Below, one piece after another: positions 1 through 9,644 of a stretch of DNA of 64,000 nucleotides. A program made the position numbers and the translations under genes. This DNA comes from Thermoplasmata archaeon. GTDB taxonomy: Archaea; Thermoplasmatota; Thermoplasmata; RBG-16-68-12; JAFNFQ01. A model generated the notes under the pieces. That model searched no databases. It was not told where the DNA came from and saw only the letters and a program-made list of their open reading frames with translations. The stretch covers positions 32,001 to 96,000 of the forward strand of contig JBGPQV010000001.1 in assembly GCA_041489255.1 (NCBI GenBank). Direction: 5' to 3'. Numbering within the stretch: the stretch's first letter is position 1; each line of letters begins with the position of its first letter.

Positions 1-1
1 A

Positions 2-1702
2 ACCCTGACTCACGACATCGCGATTATTGGCTCTGGATTGGCCGGGATGAGGGCAGCCGTTGAGGCCGCGAGGGTCAGCAAGGGCAAGCTGAGCATCGCG
101 ATCTTCACGAAGACTCACGCGATGCGCTCGCACTCCGTTGCGGCTGAGGGCGGCTCCGCGGCGGTGCTCTACCCGGATGAGGGAGACTCGTACGACTCGC
201 ACGTGTTCGACACCGTCAAGGGCAGCGATTTCCTCGCTGATCAGGACGCGGTCGAGCGATTCGTGATGCTCGCCCCCGGTGAGCTCATACAGCTGGACCA
301 TTGGGGGATGCCCTGGTCGCGGCGCGATGATGGCAAGATCGCGCAGAGGCCCTTCGGAGGCCACGAGTACAACCGAGCGACATATGCGGCGGATAAAGTC
401 GGCTTCCTCGAGATGGAGACCCTCTACAGCGTTCTGCAAAAGTTCGACTGCATCAGGATCTACCATGAATGGTACGTCACTTCCATCGTCCGCGACGGCG
501 ACACCTTCAGAGGATTCACCGCCATCGACCTCACCATTGGGAACCTAGCCGTCATCAAGGCCAAGGCGGGGATCATGGCGACTGGCGGGGCCGGGCGGAT
601 GTACGGCTTCACCACGAACGGCCACAGCTCGACGGCCGACGGGCACTTCGTCGCGTACAGGGCCGGAATCCCGCTCAAGGACATGGAGTTCATCCAGTTC
701 CACCCGACCGGGCTGGTCCCGACGGGCATCTTGATCACCGAGGCGTCCAGGGGCGAGGGTGGCTACCTAATCAACAACAAGACCGAGCGCTTCATGTCGA
801 AGTACGCCCCGCAGAAGATGGAGCTTGGGCCGAGAGACTTGGTCTCTAGATCCGAGATGACGGAGATCAACGAGGGACGCGGTTTCGAGTTCAGGGACAT
901 GAATTGCATCCACCTCGACTTGAGGCATCTGGGGCGCGAGAAGATCCTGGAGAAGCTTCCTCAGATACGCGAGGTCACGATGAAGTTCATCGGCGTCGAC
1001 CCCATCGACGAGCCGATCCCGATTAGGCCTGTCGCGCACTTCACCATGGGCGGCATCCACACGAACATCGACGGCGCAACGCCGCTCAAGGGTCTTTGGG
1101 CGGCGGGAGAGGTCGCGTGCGTCAGCGTCAACGGCGCGAACCGCCTCGGGTCGAACAGCACGACGACATGCCTGGTCTGGGGAGCAATCACCGGCGGTCT
1201 TGCAGCGCAGTATTGCACCTCCGCAGGCGGCAGCGGCTTCCCCGTGGACGCCGTGAAGAAGGAGGAGTCCAGAGTCTTTGACGAGTTGCTCCGTGGCTCC
1301 GGCTCGGAGAATCCGTATGTCATCAGGCGCGAGCTCCAGAGCCTGATGGACAAGAACATGTACGTCTTCAGGACGGGCGAAGGCCTCAACGAGGCGGCGA
1401 AAACTATCAAGGCCCTTAAGAAACGGTCATACAAGCGCGTCGAGGACAAGACGAAGGAGTACAACACGAACCTCCTGCATGTCTTCGAGATCGAGGCGAT
1501 GCTCGAGGTCGCGGAGGCGGCAATCGTCGGTGCCCTGGCGCGTCAGGAGTCGAGGGGAGCGCACACCCGCACCGACTTCCCGAAGAGGGACGACGGCAAA
1601 TGGCTCAGGCACACGCTTGCCTGCTACACCCCCGACGGCCCGACCCTCGACTACATCCCTGTCATCATCACCAAGCACAAACCACAGGAGAGGAAGTACT
1701 GA
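2..1702 (+). CDS. sdhA: Succinate dehydrogenase/fumarate reductase flavoprotein subunit (5' end just outside window)
   Basis: Frame is open from base 2 (TLTHDIAIIGSGLAGMRAA, FAD-binding GxGxAG). Motifs RSHSVAAEGG, MEFIQFHPT, HFTMGG, GANRLGSNS, ESRGAH. Confidence 0.96.
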   Translation, partial: TLTHDIAIIGSGLAGMRAAVEAARVSKGKLSIAIFTKTHAMRSHSVAAEGGSAAVLYPDEGDSYDSHVFDTVKGSDFLADQDAVERFVMLAPGELIQLDHWGMPWSRRDDGKIAQRPFGGHEYNRATYAADKVGFLEMETLYSVLQKFDCIRIYHEWYVTSIVRDGDTFRGFTAIDLTIGNLAVIKAKAGIMATGGAGRMYGFTTNGHSSTADGHFVAYRAGIPLKDMEFIQFHPTGLVPTGILITEASRGEGGYLINNKTERFMSKYAPQKMELGPRDLVSRSEMTEINEGRGFEFRDMNCIHLDLRHLGREKILEKLPQIREVTMKFIGVDPIDEPIPIRPVAHFTMGGIHTNIDGATPLKGLWAAGEVACVSVNGANRLGSNSTTTCLVWGAITGGLAAQYCTSAGGSGFPVDAVKKEESRVFDELLRGSGSENPYVIRRELQSLMDKNMYVFRTGEGLNEAAKTIKALKKRSYKRVEDKTKEYNTNLLHVFEIEAMLEVAEAAIVGALARQESRGAHTRTDFPKRDDGKWLRHTLACYTPDGPTLDYIPVIITKHKPQERKY

Positions 1703-2172
1703 TGAACGCGCAATCACCCCCGAGCGCATCAACATCTGAATTGGAAAGCAGGAATAAGACCAGGTTCCTTGGCTGGGTCTTCGACAAGCCGCTGCACCTG
1801 GAAAGGTTCGGGATGATGCTGCATCGGGCGACCGGCCTCGGACTGCTGCTCTATCTAATCTTCCATCTAGTCGTGACAAACGCGATCCTCGGAGGCAGAG
1901 TGTTCTTCGCGGACATCATGGGCATGCTGTCGAACCCCGCAACGCACATAGGTGAGATCGTGGTCGTCGGAGCCGTGGGATTCCACGGCATAAACGGCAT
2001 CAGGCTTGTGCTCATAGGTCTGGGGGTCATCTCAGGCAGACCGCACAGGCCGGACTTCCCCTACAAGGCACCGTCGCTCAACAATGCGGAGAAAGGGGCG
2101 CTCTGGACCGCGTTCGGAATCGGGGTTGTCAGCGTTCTCTTCGCTTCGTTCTTCATCCTCATGGGGGGCTGA
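1702..2172 (+). CDS. sdhC: Succinate dehydrogenase/fumarate reductase cytochrome b membrane subunit
   Basis: ATG overlaps the sdhA stop (TGATG). LHRATG and FHGINGIRL heme-His motifs, 3 TM helices. Confidence 0.88.
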   Translation: MNAQSPPSASTSELESRNKTRFLGWVFDKPLHLERFGMMLHRATGLGLLLYLIFHLVVTNAILGGRVFFADIMGMLSNPATHIGEIVVVGAVGFHGINGIRLVLIGLGVISGRPHRPDFPYKAPSLNNAEKGALWTAFGIGVVSVLFASFFILMGG

Positions 2173-2175
2173 GAC

Positions 2176-2529
2176 ATGAGAGGATCCAAACTGATGCTGG
2201 TCAACTACATGTGCATGGTCCTCATCGGCATCACGCTGTTCCTGCACCTGGCCACGCATGCGTTCCTCGGCGTGTCCGGTTACGGGGCGAGCCTGGAGCC
2301 CGATGCCGTCAAGGGGCACTACACCGATACCGCAACGGCATTCATGCTCGCGGTGCTCCTCGTTGTCCTCGCGTTCCACAGCATCTTCAGCTTCAAGACC
2401 ACGCTGCTCGAATGGCGGCACGGCAAGACCTGGACCAAGGCGGTGAACTGGGGGGCGATTGTCGTGGCGGCGGTCATGGTGGCATTCGGCATGTGGACCA
2501 TCGTCGCCGCGTACATCACGAGGTGGTGA
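2176..2529 (+). CDS. sdhD: Succinate dehydrogenase/fumarate reductase hydrophobic anchor subunit
   Basis: 117 aa, 3 TM helices with His (LFLHLATH, AFHS), lies between sdhC and sdhB. Confidence 0.82.
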   Translation: MRGSKLMLVNYMCMVLIGITLFLHLATHAFLGVSGYGASLEPDAVKGHYTDTATAFMLAVLLVVLAFHSIFSFKTTLLEWRHGKTWTKAVNWGAIVVAAVMVAFGMWTIVAAYITRW

Positions 2530-2532
2530 GAG

Positions 2533-3306
2533 ATGGCAACCGCGTCAGAGAAGGAAATGAATGTGTCGTCCGAGCCAGGCTTCACCCCGCCAAAGGAGGT
2601 CGTCATCCGCTGCTCGCGCTGGACCCCGAGCGTCGGCGGGAAGCCCGCGGTCAAGGAATACAAAGTCCCCTATTCCCAGGGGATGACCGTTCTGGACGCG
2701 CTCCTGTACGCCAAGGAGAACATCGACGCGAGCCTCTCGTTCAGGTACTCTTGCAGGATGGGGATATGCGGGTCCTGCGGCATGCTCATCAACGGCCGAC
2801 CGATGCTCGCGTGCGAGACGCAGATCAAGGAATTGCCGCCAGGCCCGATAGAGACCGAGCCCCTCGCCAACTACGACACCATCAGGGATCTCGCCACGGA
2901 TTTCACGGATTTCTTCGCGCACTATAGATTCGTCAAGCCCTATCTGATCCGTGCGGACAAAGACGAGCAGGAGAAACCTGCGAAGCAATATCCTCAGACG
3001 GAGAAGGATCGCCTGAAGTACCTGCAGTTCAGCTACTGCATCATGTGCGGCCTGTGCGACGCCGCATGCCCGCCGGTGGCGATGGATCCGAAGTACCTCG
3101 GACCTCAGGCGCTCGCCGCTTCGTTCAGGTGGATGGCCGATTCCAGGGACGAAGGCCGCGCGGAGAGGGCCGAAACGGTGGACCACGAGCACGGGTGCTG
3201 GCAGTGCCACGTCGCCATGACCTGCTCGGTCGTCTGCCCCAAGGGGATCGACCCGGCACTGGGAATCCAGATGCTCAAACGGCTGTTGATCCTGAAGAGG
3301 CTGTGA
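2533..3306 (+). CDS. sdhB: Succinate dehydrogenase/fumarate reductase iron-sulfur subunit
   Basis: SCRMGICGSC...C (2Fe-2S), CIMCGLCDAACP (4Fe-4S), CWQCHVAMTCSVVCP (3Fe-4S type). Confidence 0.95.
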   Translation: MATASEKEMNVSSEPGFTPPKEVVIRCSRWTPSVGGKPAVKEYKVPYSQGMTVLDALLYAKENIDASLSFRYSCRMGICGSCGMLINGRPMLACETQIKELPPGPIETEPLANYDTIRDLATDFTDFFAHYRFVKPYLIRADKDEQEKPAKQYPQTEKDRLKYLQFSYCIMCGLCDAACPPVAMDPKYLGPQALAASFRWMADSRDEGRAERAETVDHEHGCWQCHVAMTCSVVCPKGIDPALGIQMLKRLLILKRL

Positions 3307-3349
3307 GGCCCGCTAGACCTCGCTCCATGGTTTCGCTGCTGTCAGCAAG

Positions 3350-3356
3350 TTTTATA
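3350..3356 (+). promoter_or_regulatory. Archaeal TATA box, probably leaderless transcript
   Basis: TTTTATA about 28 nt upstream of the ATG at 3384. Confidence 0.55.
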
Positions 3357-3383
3357 GTCGCGGACGCGGCATGAGTCGGACGG

Positions 3384-4355
3384 ATGCATGTCCGCGAGGG
3401 GTTCCACAGAATCGAGATTCCGACCTGCCTTCCGGTCGGCGATGTCAACGTCTACCTCTTCGAGGGACCGCCACCGACCCTCATCGACACCGGTCCAAAG
3501 ACCCAGGAAGCTTACGAGGCCCTCACCAAGGAACTGCGGAAGCTGGGGCTCTCCATCAAGGATGTCGCCCGCGTCCTCATCACGCACGGTCACGTCGACC
3601 ACCACGGTCTCGCCGAAGTCATAAGGCGCGACAGCAGGGCAGACATCGTCGCCCCGGAAGGCGACGCAGAGACTGTCAGGAACTTCAAGGAAGCGTACCG
3701 CCACAAGCGGCAGGCCACCGCCGAAGCCTTTTTCAAGACAGGCGTGCCCGCGGAGACGCTCGAGCTGGTCGAAGGCTTCTTCGAATACCTCGCGACGCTC
3801 TCGGAAGCGACGACGATATCGTCCACGATCAGGGACGGAGACATCATCGACGTGGGACAGTGCAAGCTGAAAGCCATCCACACCCCGGGCCATTCCCCCG
3901 GCTCGATGTGCTACCAAGGCCTGGAAGGATGCCTGATTTCCGGGGACACTCTTGTCAAGGATCTCGTTCCGGTCGCTGCCTTCGGCTCCGCGGAAGGCGA
4001 GTCGATAGGGCTCTCCGACTACATGGCATCGGTCGACAAGCTCGAGAGACTCGGCTTCACGGATGTCAAGCCAGGCCACAGATCGGAGTTCAGGGACATC
4101 CCGGCCTGCACCGCCCTGATCCACTCGCAGTTCGAGAGCCGCCAGTCGAGCATCACGGAGGTGCTCCGCAACGAACCGAGCACCGCATGCGACATCATCG
4201 ACCGCCTTTACGGGATGCTGCCGATCCAGGACATCTTCCCCGCGCTCACGGAGGTCCTCGGCCACTTGGAGATTCTCACCGCCGAGGGTAAAGTGAGGTG
4301 CGAGGACAAAGGCGGGTTCGCCTACTACTCGGTCGCGCATACCGTGCTGGTCTGA
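3384..4355 (+). CDS. MBL-fold metallo-hydrolase with C-terminal winged-helix-like tail
   Basis: LIDTG, THGHVDHHG, TPGHSPG, SGD, PGH motifs. Confidence 0.9.
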   Translation: MHVREGFHRIEIPTCLPVGDVNVYLFEGPPPTLIDTGPKTQEAYEALTKELRKLGLSIKDVARVLITHGHVDHHGLAEVIRRDSRADIVAPEGDAETVRNFKEAYRHKRQATAEAFFKTGVPAETLELVEGFFEYLATLSEATTISSTIRDGDIIDVGQCKLKAIHTPGHSPGSMCYQGLEGCLISGDTLVKDLVPVAAFGSAEGESIGLSDYMASVDKLERLGFTDVKPGHRSEFRDIPACTALIHSQFESRQSSITEVLRNEPSTACDIIDRLYGMLPIQDIFPALTEVLGHLEILTAEGKVRCEDKGGFAYYSVAHTVLV

Positions 4356-4473
4356 CTCGGCCTCACTGCAGTCCATCCGGTCCAGTCCTCTCCAGTGTTG
4401 CTCCGACCCGAAGCAGGTTGTCTTGGCGGGGTTGGCGGCGGGCAACAAGGTTATTATTCGGCGGCGGTTCTGC

Positions 4474-5112
4474 ATGACTGCGGCCATGCCGGAGAAGAAG
4501 CCATTCGTCAGAGCGCCCAGGGACGAATACTACCTGAGGATCGCCTACGATGTCGCCGCAAGGTCCACATGCCTGCGCCGCCAGATCGGCGCGGTCATCG
4601 TGACAGGCGACGTGATCGTCTCCACAGGCTATAACGGGAACCCCCGCGGTATGCCGCACTGCGACCTGATAGGCTGCATACGCGACGAGCTGAACATCCC
4701 GAGCGGCGAGCGGATGGAGATCTGCACGGGAGTTCATGCGGAGATGAACGCGCTGGTCTTTGCGGGACCTGCAGCGCGCGGCGGGGCGCTTTATTGCACG
4801 ATTGTCCCGTGCAACACCTGCGCCAAGATGATCGTGAACGCCGGGGTGAAGCGTGTCGCGTACAGCGAAGGCTACCCCGACGTCATGGGTTTCGAGACGC
4901 TGAAACAATGCGGTGTTCAGGTCGATAGGATCGCGTTGAAGAAGAGCAAGGCAGCTACGAAACCGGAGCACGGGAAGGAGAAGCTCAACCCCAAGCTCCT
5001 CAAGGACATCAGGCGGATGAAGGAGGAACTCAGGGAGAAGTTCGCTGCCGCAAGCGCCTTGGAGATGAAGGCGACTCAGATAATGAAACGGAAGAGAGCG
5101 CGTGGCGGCTAG
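4474..5112 (+). CDS. dCMP deaminase (ComEB family) with basic C-terminal extension
   Basis: RSTCLRRQIGAVIV, GYNG, HAEMNA, PCNTC zinc motifs. Start ATG at 4474 or 4486, after TTATTA at about 4451. Confidence 0.88.
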   Translation: MTAAMPEKKPFVRAPRDEYYLRIAYDVAARSTCLRRQIGAVIVTGDVIVSTGYNGNPRGMPHCDLIGCIRDELNIPSGERMEICTGVHAEMNALVFAGPAARGGALYCTIVPCNTCAKMIVNAGVKRVAYSEGYPDVMGFETLKQCGVQVDRIALKKSKAATKPEHGKEKLNPKLLKDIRRMKEELREKFAAASALEMKATQIMKRKRARGG

Positions 5113-5118
5113 CCGGAT

Positions 5119-6144
5119 TCACTTCTGCGGCTCGATTATCACCTTTATCGATTCCTTTGCCTCTGCCACGAGTCTGAAACCCAGACCCGTATCCGCCAGA
5201 CCGAGGCGGTGCGTGATCATGTCGCGGACGTTCACCATTCCGGAGCTGATCAGATCGATGGCGGTCTCCAGGTCCTCCGGACTGGCGCCATAGGACCCGA
5301 CCATCGTCACCTCCTCCCGCCACAGCTCGTTGAACGGTATCGGGATTGCGCGGCCTGGGTCGGTCGGGGCGAAGAGCAGTATCGTCCCGCCACGATCCAC
5401 GGAGTTCAGTCCCTGGTCTATTGCCTTCGACGCGCCGGTGCAGATTATCACTAGGTCGGCCTTTTTTCCATCATTGAGCTCCACGACTCTCGCCGGGACA
5501 TCATCGGTCGCCTTGATCACCGCGGTCGCCCCGAAACGTCTCGCCGCCTCGAGCCTATAGCCAACCATGTCTGTCGCGATGATGCGTTCGGCCTTCGACG
5601 CCTTCGCGAGCTTGATGTGCAGCAACCCAGTGATTCCACTTCCGATCACCAGCACGGTCTGACCGGGCTCGGCGCCCGCCAAATCCTGTCCCCGGGCGAC
5701 GCAACCGAGCGGCTCGATGAACACGCCCTCATCATAGGTCATGTTGTCGGGTAGCAGGAAGACGCCGCGATCGACGTTCATCTCCGGGACGCTGATGTAC
5801 TCGGCGAAACCGCCAGGGTCGTAGTTGGTGCTGCGGAGCGTGTCGCAGACCGTGTGGTGTCCCGCCATGCAGTATTTGCACGACATGCAGGGAATGTGGT
5901 GCGAGACGAACACCCTGTCTCCCTCCTTGAAACCCCGCACATCGTCTCCGACCTCTACTATGTCGCCGGCAATCTCGTGGCCCAGGACCAGGGGTGCCTT
6001 CTTCTTCCTGTACCACTCCATGACATCGCTGCCGCAGATCCCGCTCGCGATGACCTTGACGAGCAACTCCGAGGGGTCGATCTCCGGCTTCGGCATCTCT
6101 TCCAGCCGGATGTCGTTGTTGTTGTAGTACATCGCGACGCGCAA
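5119..6144 (-). CDS. Zinc-dependent medium-chain dehydrogenase (sorbitol/threonine dehydrogenase-like)
   Basis: GICGSD, GHEIAG, CMSCKYC...C structural zinc site, GSGITG NAD-binding. TTG start. Confidence 0.9.
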   Translation of the reverse strand: MRVAMYYNNNDIRLEEMPKPEIDPSELLVKVIASGICGSDVMEWYRKKKAPLVLGHEIAGDIVEVGDDVRGFKEGDRVFVSHHIPCMSCKYCMAGHHTVCDTLRSTNYDPGGFAEYISVPEMNVDRGVFLLPDNMTYDEGVFIEPLGCVARGQDLAGAEPGQTVLVIGSGITGLLHIKLAKASKAERIIATDMVGYRLEAARRFGATAVIKATDDVPARVVELNDGKKADLVIICTGASKAIDQGLNSVDRGGTILLFAPTDPGRAIPIPFNELWREEVTMVGSYGASPEDLETAIDLISSGMVNVRDMITHRLGLADTGLGFRLVAEAKESIKVIIEPQK

Positions 6145-6168
6145 AGTCTGTCTCCGGGGGAAACCACC

Positions 6169-6969
6169 TCACTTCTTCTTGCCCTTGAGGCTCTTGAACA
6201 GGTCGAAGGCCTCCTTGGGAGTCGCCTTATCGTGGACTATCGACCTGACCGCCTTGATCATCGGAATCGGGTTGTCATTCTGCCAGATGTTGCGCCCCAT
6301 GTCCACCCCGACCGCACCTTCGTGGATCGCGCTGTAGGTCATCTTGAAGGCGTCCATCTCCGTCTCGAGCTTCGGGCCGCCGGCGATGACCAACGGCACG
6401 GGGCAGCCTTCGACGACCTTGGTGAAGTTGTCGCAGTAGTAAGTCTTGACGACGTGCGCGCCGAGCTCGGCCGCTATCCTGCAGCTCAAAGCAAGGTATC
6501 GCGCATCCCGCTTCTCCAGTTCCTTGCCGACCGCGGTGACCGCGAGGACCGGCATCCCGACAGACTGCCCCTCCGTGACCATGTTAGAGAGGCTGAGCAG
6601 CGTCTGCCGCTCGTGAGGGGTGCCCACGAAGATCGACAGGGCGACCGCCGCGGCGTTCAGCCTCAGCGCCTCGACGATCGGGGTCGTGATGCCCTCGTTC
6701 GCCAGGTTCTCCCCGATGACGCTCGTGCCGCCGGAGACTCGGAGCACGATCGGCGTGCTCGTGTCGGCTCTTATGGAGGATCTGAGGACTCCGCGCGTGA
6801 GCATCACCGAGTCCGCATATGGCAAAAGTGGCTCGATCGTCTTGCGAGGGACCTCGAGCTTGCTGGTCGGACCGAGGAAGTATCCATGGTCCACCGCCAG
6901 CATCACCGTCCGTCCGTCAGGCTGAATTATCCTGGAAATCCTGTTCTTCATTCCCCAGTCCATTTCCAT
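6169..6969 (-). CDS. lsrF: LsrF-like thiolase / DhnA-type class I aldolase
   Basis: MDWGMKNRISRI N-terminus, LAVDHGY, AELGAHVVKTYY (Schiff-base Lys), IAGG, GVDMGRNIWQ. Confidence 0.8.
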   Translation of the reverse strand: MEMDWGMKNRISRIIQPDGRTVMLAVDHGYFLGPTSKLEVPRKTIEPLLPYADSVMLTRGVLRSSIRADTSTPIVLRVSGGTSVIGENLANEGITTPIVEALRLNAAAVALSIFVGTPHERQTLLSLSNMVTEGQSVGMPVLAVTAVGKELEKRDARYLALSCRIAAELGAHVVKTYYCDNFTKVVEGCPVPLVIAGGPKLETEMDAFKMTYSAIHEGAVGVDMGRNIWQNDNPIPMIKAVRSIVHDKATPKEAFDLFKSLKGKKK

Positions 6970-7083
6970 CCGCCATCCTCTGTCGGCGCTTCATCCCACC
7001 TGAGGGTCGCACGATATTTGAATGTTGTTGGCTTCTAGCGCGCGCCGGAACATGGTTAAATATCGCCCTGCATTGACAACGAG

Positions 7084-7317
7084 GTGATTGTCACGGCGAA
7101 GAAATCCTACTCGACGAAGAACTTCGCGAAGCAGCAAGCGCGTTCAGCGAAGATGATGAAGAAGAAGGCGGCGGCATTGGAAAAGGCATCGAAGCTGAAG
7201 TCGAAGGCCGCGAAATTAAGGGCCAGGGCGTCGAAGATACGAGAAGATCTGAGGAAGGTCGAGGAGAAGGCGAGTCGCCTCGAGATGAAGGCGGCGCAGC
7301 TCGAAGGCCGCCACTGA
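7084..7317 (+). CDS. Small Lys/Ala-rich basic coiled-coil protein
   Basis: 77 aa with heptad pattern. GTTAAATA TATA at about 7055 and GAGGTGA SD at 7081. Start uncertain (GTG 7084 or ACG 7093). Confidence 0.7.
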   Translation: MIVTAKKSYSTKNFAKQQARSAKMMKKKAAALEKASKLKSKAAKLRARASKIREDLRKVEEKASRLEMKAAQLEGRH

Positions 7318-7354
7318 CGCAATGGTTAAATGGCCGCCTCAGGATTGTAGCGCG

Positions 7355-8275
7355 ATGGCGGTGTGTTCCGCTCCTGGCAAGGTAATCCTTTTTGGAGAAC
7401 ACGCGGTCGTTTTCGGTGAGCCAGCGCTGGCGGTTGCCATCGACCTCAGGACGGAAGTCACAGTCGCTCCCGCAAGTGAATGGTCTGTAGATCGTGGGTC
7501 GGTTGACGACGCACACCACAAGTACGTCAGAATGGCGGTGGAGGCCTCCGGAACAAAGGGCCCCCTCCGCATAGCGATCAAGTCCGGAATCCCGGAGAGT
7601 TCAGGAATGGGATCCTCTGCGGCGGTGACCGTGGCGAGCTTGGGCGCCATGCATGCGGTCCGTGGCGGTGTCAAGCCCGAGATAGTGGCCAAGGAAGCCT
7701 TCGATGTGGAGCATTCGGTCCAGGGGCGGGCCAGCCCGATAGACACCAGCACCAGCACGCACGGCCATGCGGTGCTCGTCCTCAAGGAGAGGGGGACTGA
7801 TTTTCTATGGCGGATGCAGAGGGGAGACCGCCAATGGTATCTGCATCACCGCGACATTCCACCGATGACCTTTGTCGTTGGCCATACGGGCGTGGAAGCC
7901 GCCACCGGACCGCTTGTCGAGAAAGTGAAGGCGTTCTCCGACAGGAGCGCAGAGGCTCGCAAGATGATCGCCGACATCGGACAGATCACTCTCGATGGCG
8001 CCGAGGCGATACGAGACAAGGATTGGGCGGCCGTCGGAAGCCTGATGGATCGGAATCACAAGCTCCTCAACGCCCTAGGAGTGGGCCATGATAAACTTGA
8101 CGAGCTCATAGCCGCCGCCAAGCCTTTCTCCTACGGCGCCAAGCTGACGGGAGCGGGAGGCGGCGGGAGCATGATCGCCCTCACCGACAAGCCAGATGAG
8201 GTGGCGCGTGCAATCGAGGCTGCCAGAGGCAGGGCGTTCAAGGTATTGACCGGGCAGCGCGGAATGGAGGTCTAG
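7355..8275 (+). CDS. mvk: Mevalonate kinase
   Basis: SAPGKVILFGEHAVV, PESSGMGSSAA, GAKLTGAGGGG GHMP motifs. Confidence 0.93.
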   Translation: MAVCSAPGKVILFGEHAVVFGEPALAVAIDLRTEVTVAPASEWSVDRGSVDDAHHKYVRMAVEASGTKGPLRIAIKSGIPESSGMGSSAAVTVASLGAMHAVRGGVKPEIVAKEAFDVEHSVQGRASPIDTSTSTHGHAVLVLKERGTDFLWRMQRGDRQWYLHHRDIPPMTFVVGHTGVEAATGPLVEKVKAFSDRSAEARKMIADIGQITLDGAEAIRDKDWAAVGSLMDRNHKLLNALGVGHDKLDELIAAAKPFSYGAKLTGAGGGGSMIALTDKPDEVARAIEAARGRAFKVLTGQRGMEV

Positions 8276-8280
8276 ATCCG

Positions 8281-9603
8281 ATGAGGCTGGCGCACAAGAT
8301 ACTCAGCCCTAGAGAGGAGGCTGAATTGCCGCCGCGTCCCGTGGTCAAGAAAAGGGGGCTCCTCCTTGTTAACGCAGGTGAAATCGCCACGATGGCGGGA
8401 CACGACAGACCGCGCCGCGGCGAGCAGATGAAGGATCTCGCCCTCATCCCCGAGGGAGCGATATATGCATTGCAGGGAAAGATCGTCGAAGTCGGTGATT
8501 CAAGGACACTCGAAAGGAAGTACTCCGGTTCATCGACCGTCATCGACGCTGAAGGGGATATCGTAGTTCCGGGCTTCGTGGACCCTCACACGCACCTAGT
8601 GTTCGCCGGGTCCCGGGAGAATGAGCTGGAGCTGAAGCTCAAGGGAGCCACCTACCAAGAAATCGCGGCATCTGGCGGCGGTCTGCTGAGCACGGTCGCC
8701 AAGACCAGAGCCGCCACAACAGAACAGCTCATCAGCGAGGCCTCATCGAGGCTTAGCGGAATGCTGGAGGAGGGCACGACGACCGCCGAGGCCAAGAGCG
8801 GGTATGCCCTCGATTCCAACGGAGAACTGAAAATCCTCGCTGCGACAGAGACCCTGAGCGAGCGGCAACCGGTACATCTCGTCCCGACATTCCTGGGCGC
8901 GCATGCTGTCCCGCCAGAGTTCGAAGGGAAGGCAGACGCCTATGTCGACCTGCTGGTCAATGAGATGCTGCAGCTTGTCGCGCGCAGGACGGCTGCGAGG
9001 TTCTGCGACGTCTGGGTGGAACAGGGATACTTCAGCGTCGAGCAGGCAAGGCGGCTGTTGCTCCAGGCGAAACTTCTGGGGCTGACCCCGAAAGTCCACG
9101 CGGATGAGCTCACCGCGTGCGGCGGCGCTGAACTTGCGGGAGAGATGGAGGCTGCATCGGCGGACCATCTCATCCACGTATCAGATGGCGGTCTGGAGGC
9201 GATGAAGAATGCAGGCACCGTCGCCGTGCTCCTTCCGGCTGCCTCGATGTCCTCAAGGCTCCCCTATGCCGATGCGAGGAAGATCATCGCCGCAGGCGTG
9301 CCAGTTGCGGTGGGCACCGACCTCAATCCCGGCTGTTGGGTCGAGAGCATGCAGTTCGTCGTCTCCTTGGCGGTGCATCAGCTGAGGATGACTCCCGCCG
9401 AGGCGGTGACCGCGGCGACGATCAATGCGGCGCATGCCATAGGTCTCGCCAGGGAGGTGGGAAGCATCGAGCCAGGGAAGAGCGCGGACTTCGTCGTCCT
9501 GGACACAGACAAACTTGGCCAAATCGGATACAGGTTCGGGAGGAACATGGCCGAGGTTGTCGTGAAAGCGGGCAATGTCATCGTCGACAGGCGGGCTCGC
9601 TAG
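8281..9603 (+). CDS. hutI: Imidazolonepropionase
   Basis: PGFVDPHTHLVFAGSR, EAKSGY, HADEL, SADHL, GTDLNPG. Confidence 0.94.
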   Translation: MRLAHKILSPREEAELPPRPVVKKRGLLLVNAGEIATMAGHDRPRRGEQMKDLALIPEGAIYALQGKIVEVGDSRTLERKYSGSSTVIDAEGDIVVPGFVDPHTHLVFAGSRENELELKLKGATYQEIAASGGGLLSTVAKTRAATTEQLISEASSRLSGMLEEGTTTAEAKSGYALDSNGELKILAATETLSERQPVHLVPTFLGAHAVPPEFEGKADAYVDLLVNEMLQLVARRTAARFCDVWVEQGYFSVEQARRLLLQAKLLGLTPKVHADELTACGGAELAGEMEAASADHLIHVSDGGLEAMKNAGTVAVLLPAASMSSRLPYADARKIIAAGVPVAVGTDLNPGCWVESMQFVVSLAVHQLRMTPAEAVTAATINAAHAIGLAREVGSIEPGKSADFVVLDTDKLGQIGYRFGRNMAEVVVKAGNVIVDRRAR

Positions 9604-9644
9604 CTATTTTATGCCCCCTGGCATGTACCCTGCATCGAGAAAGA

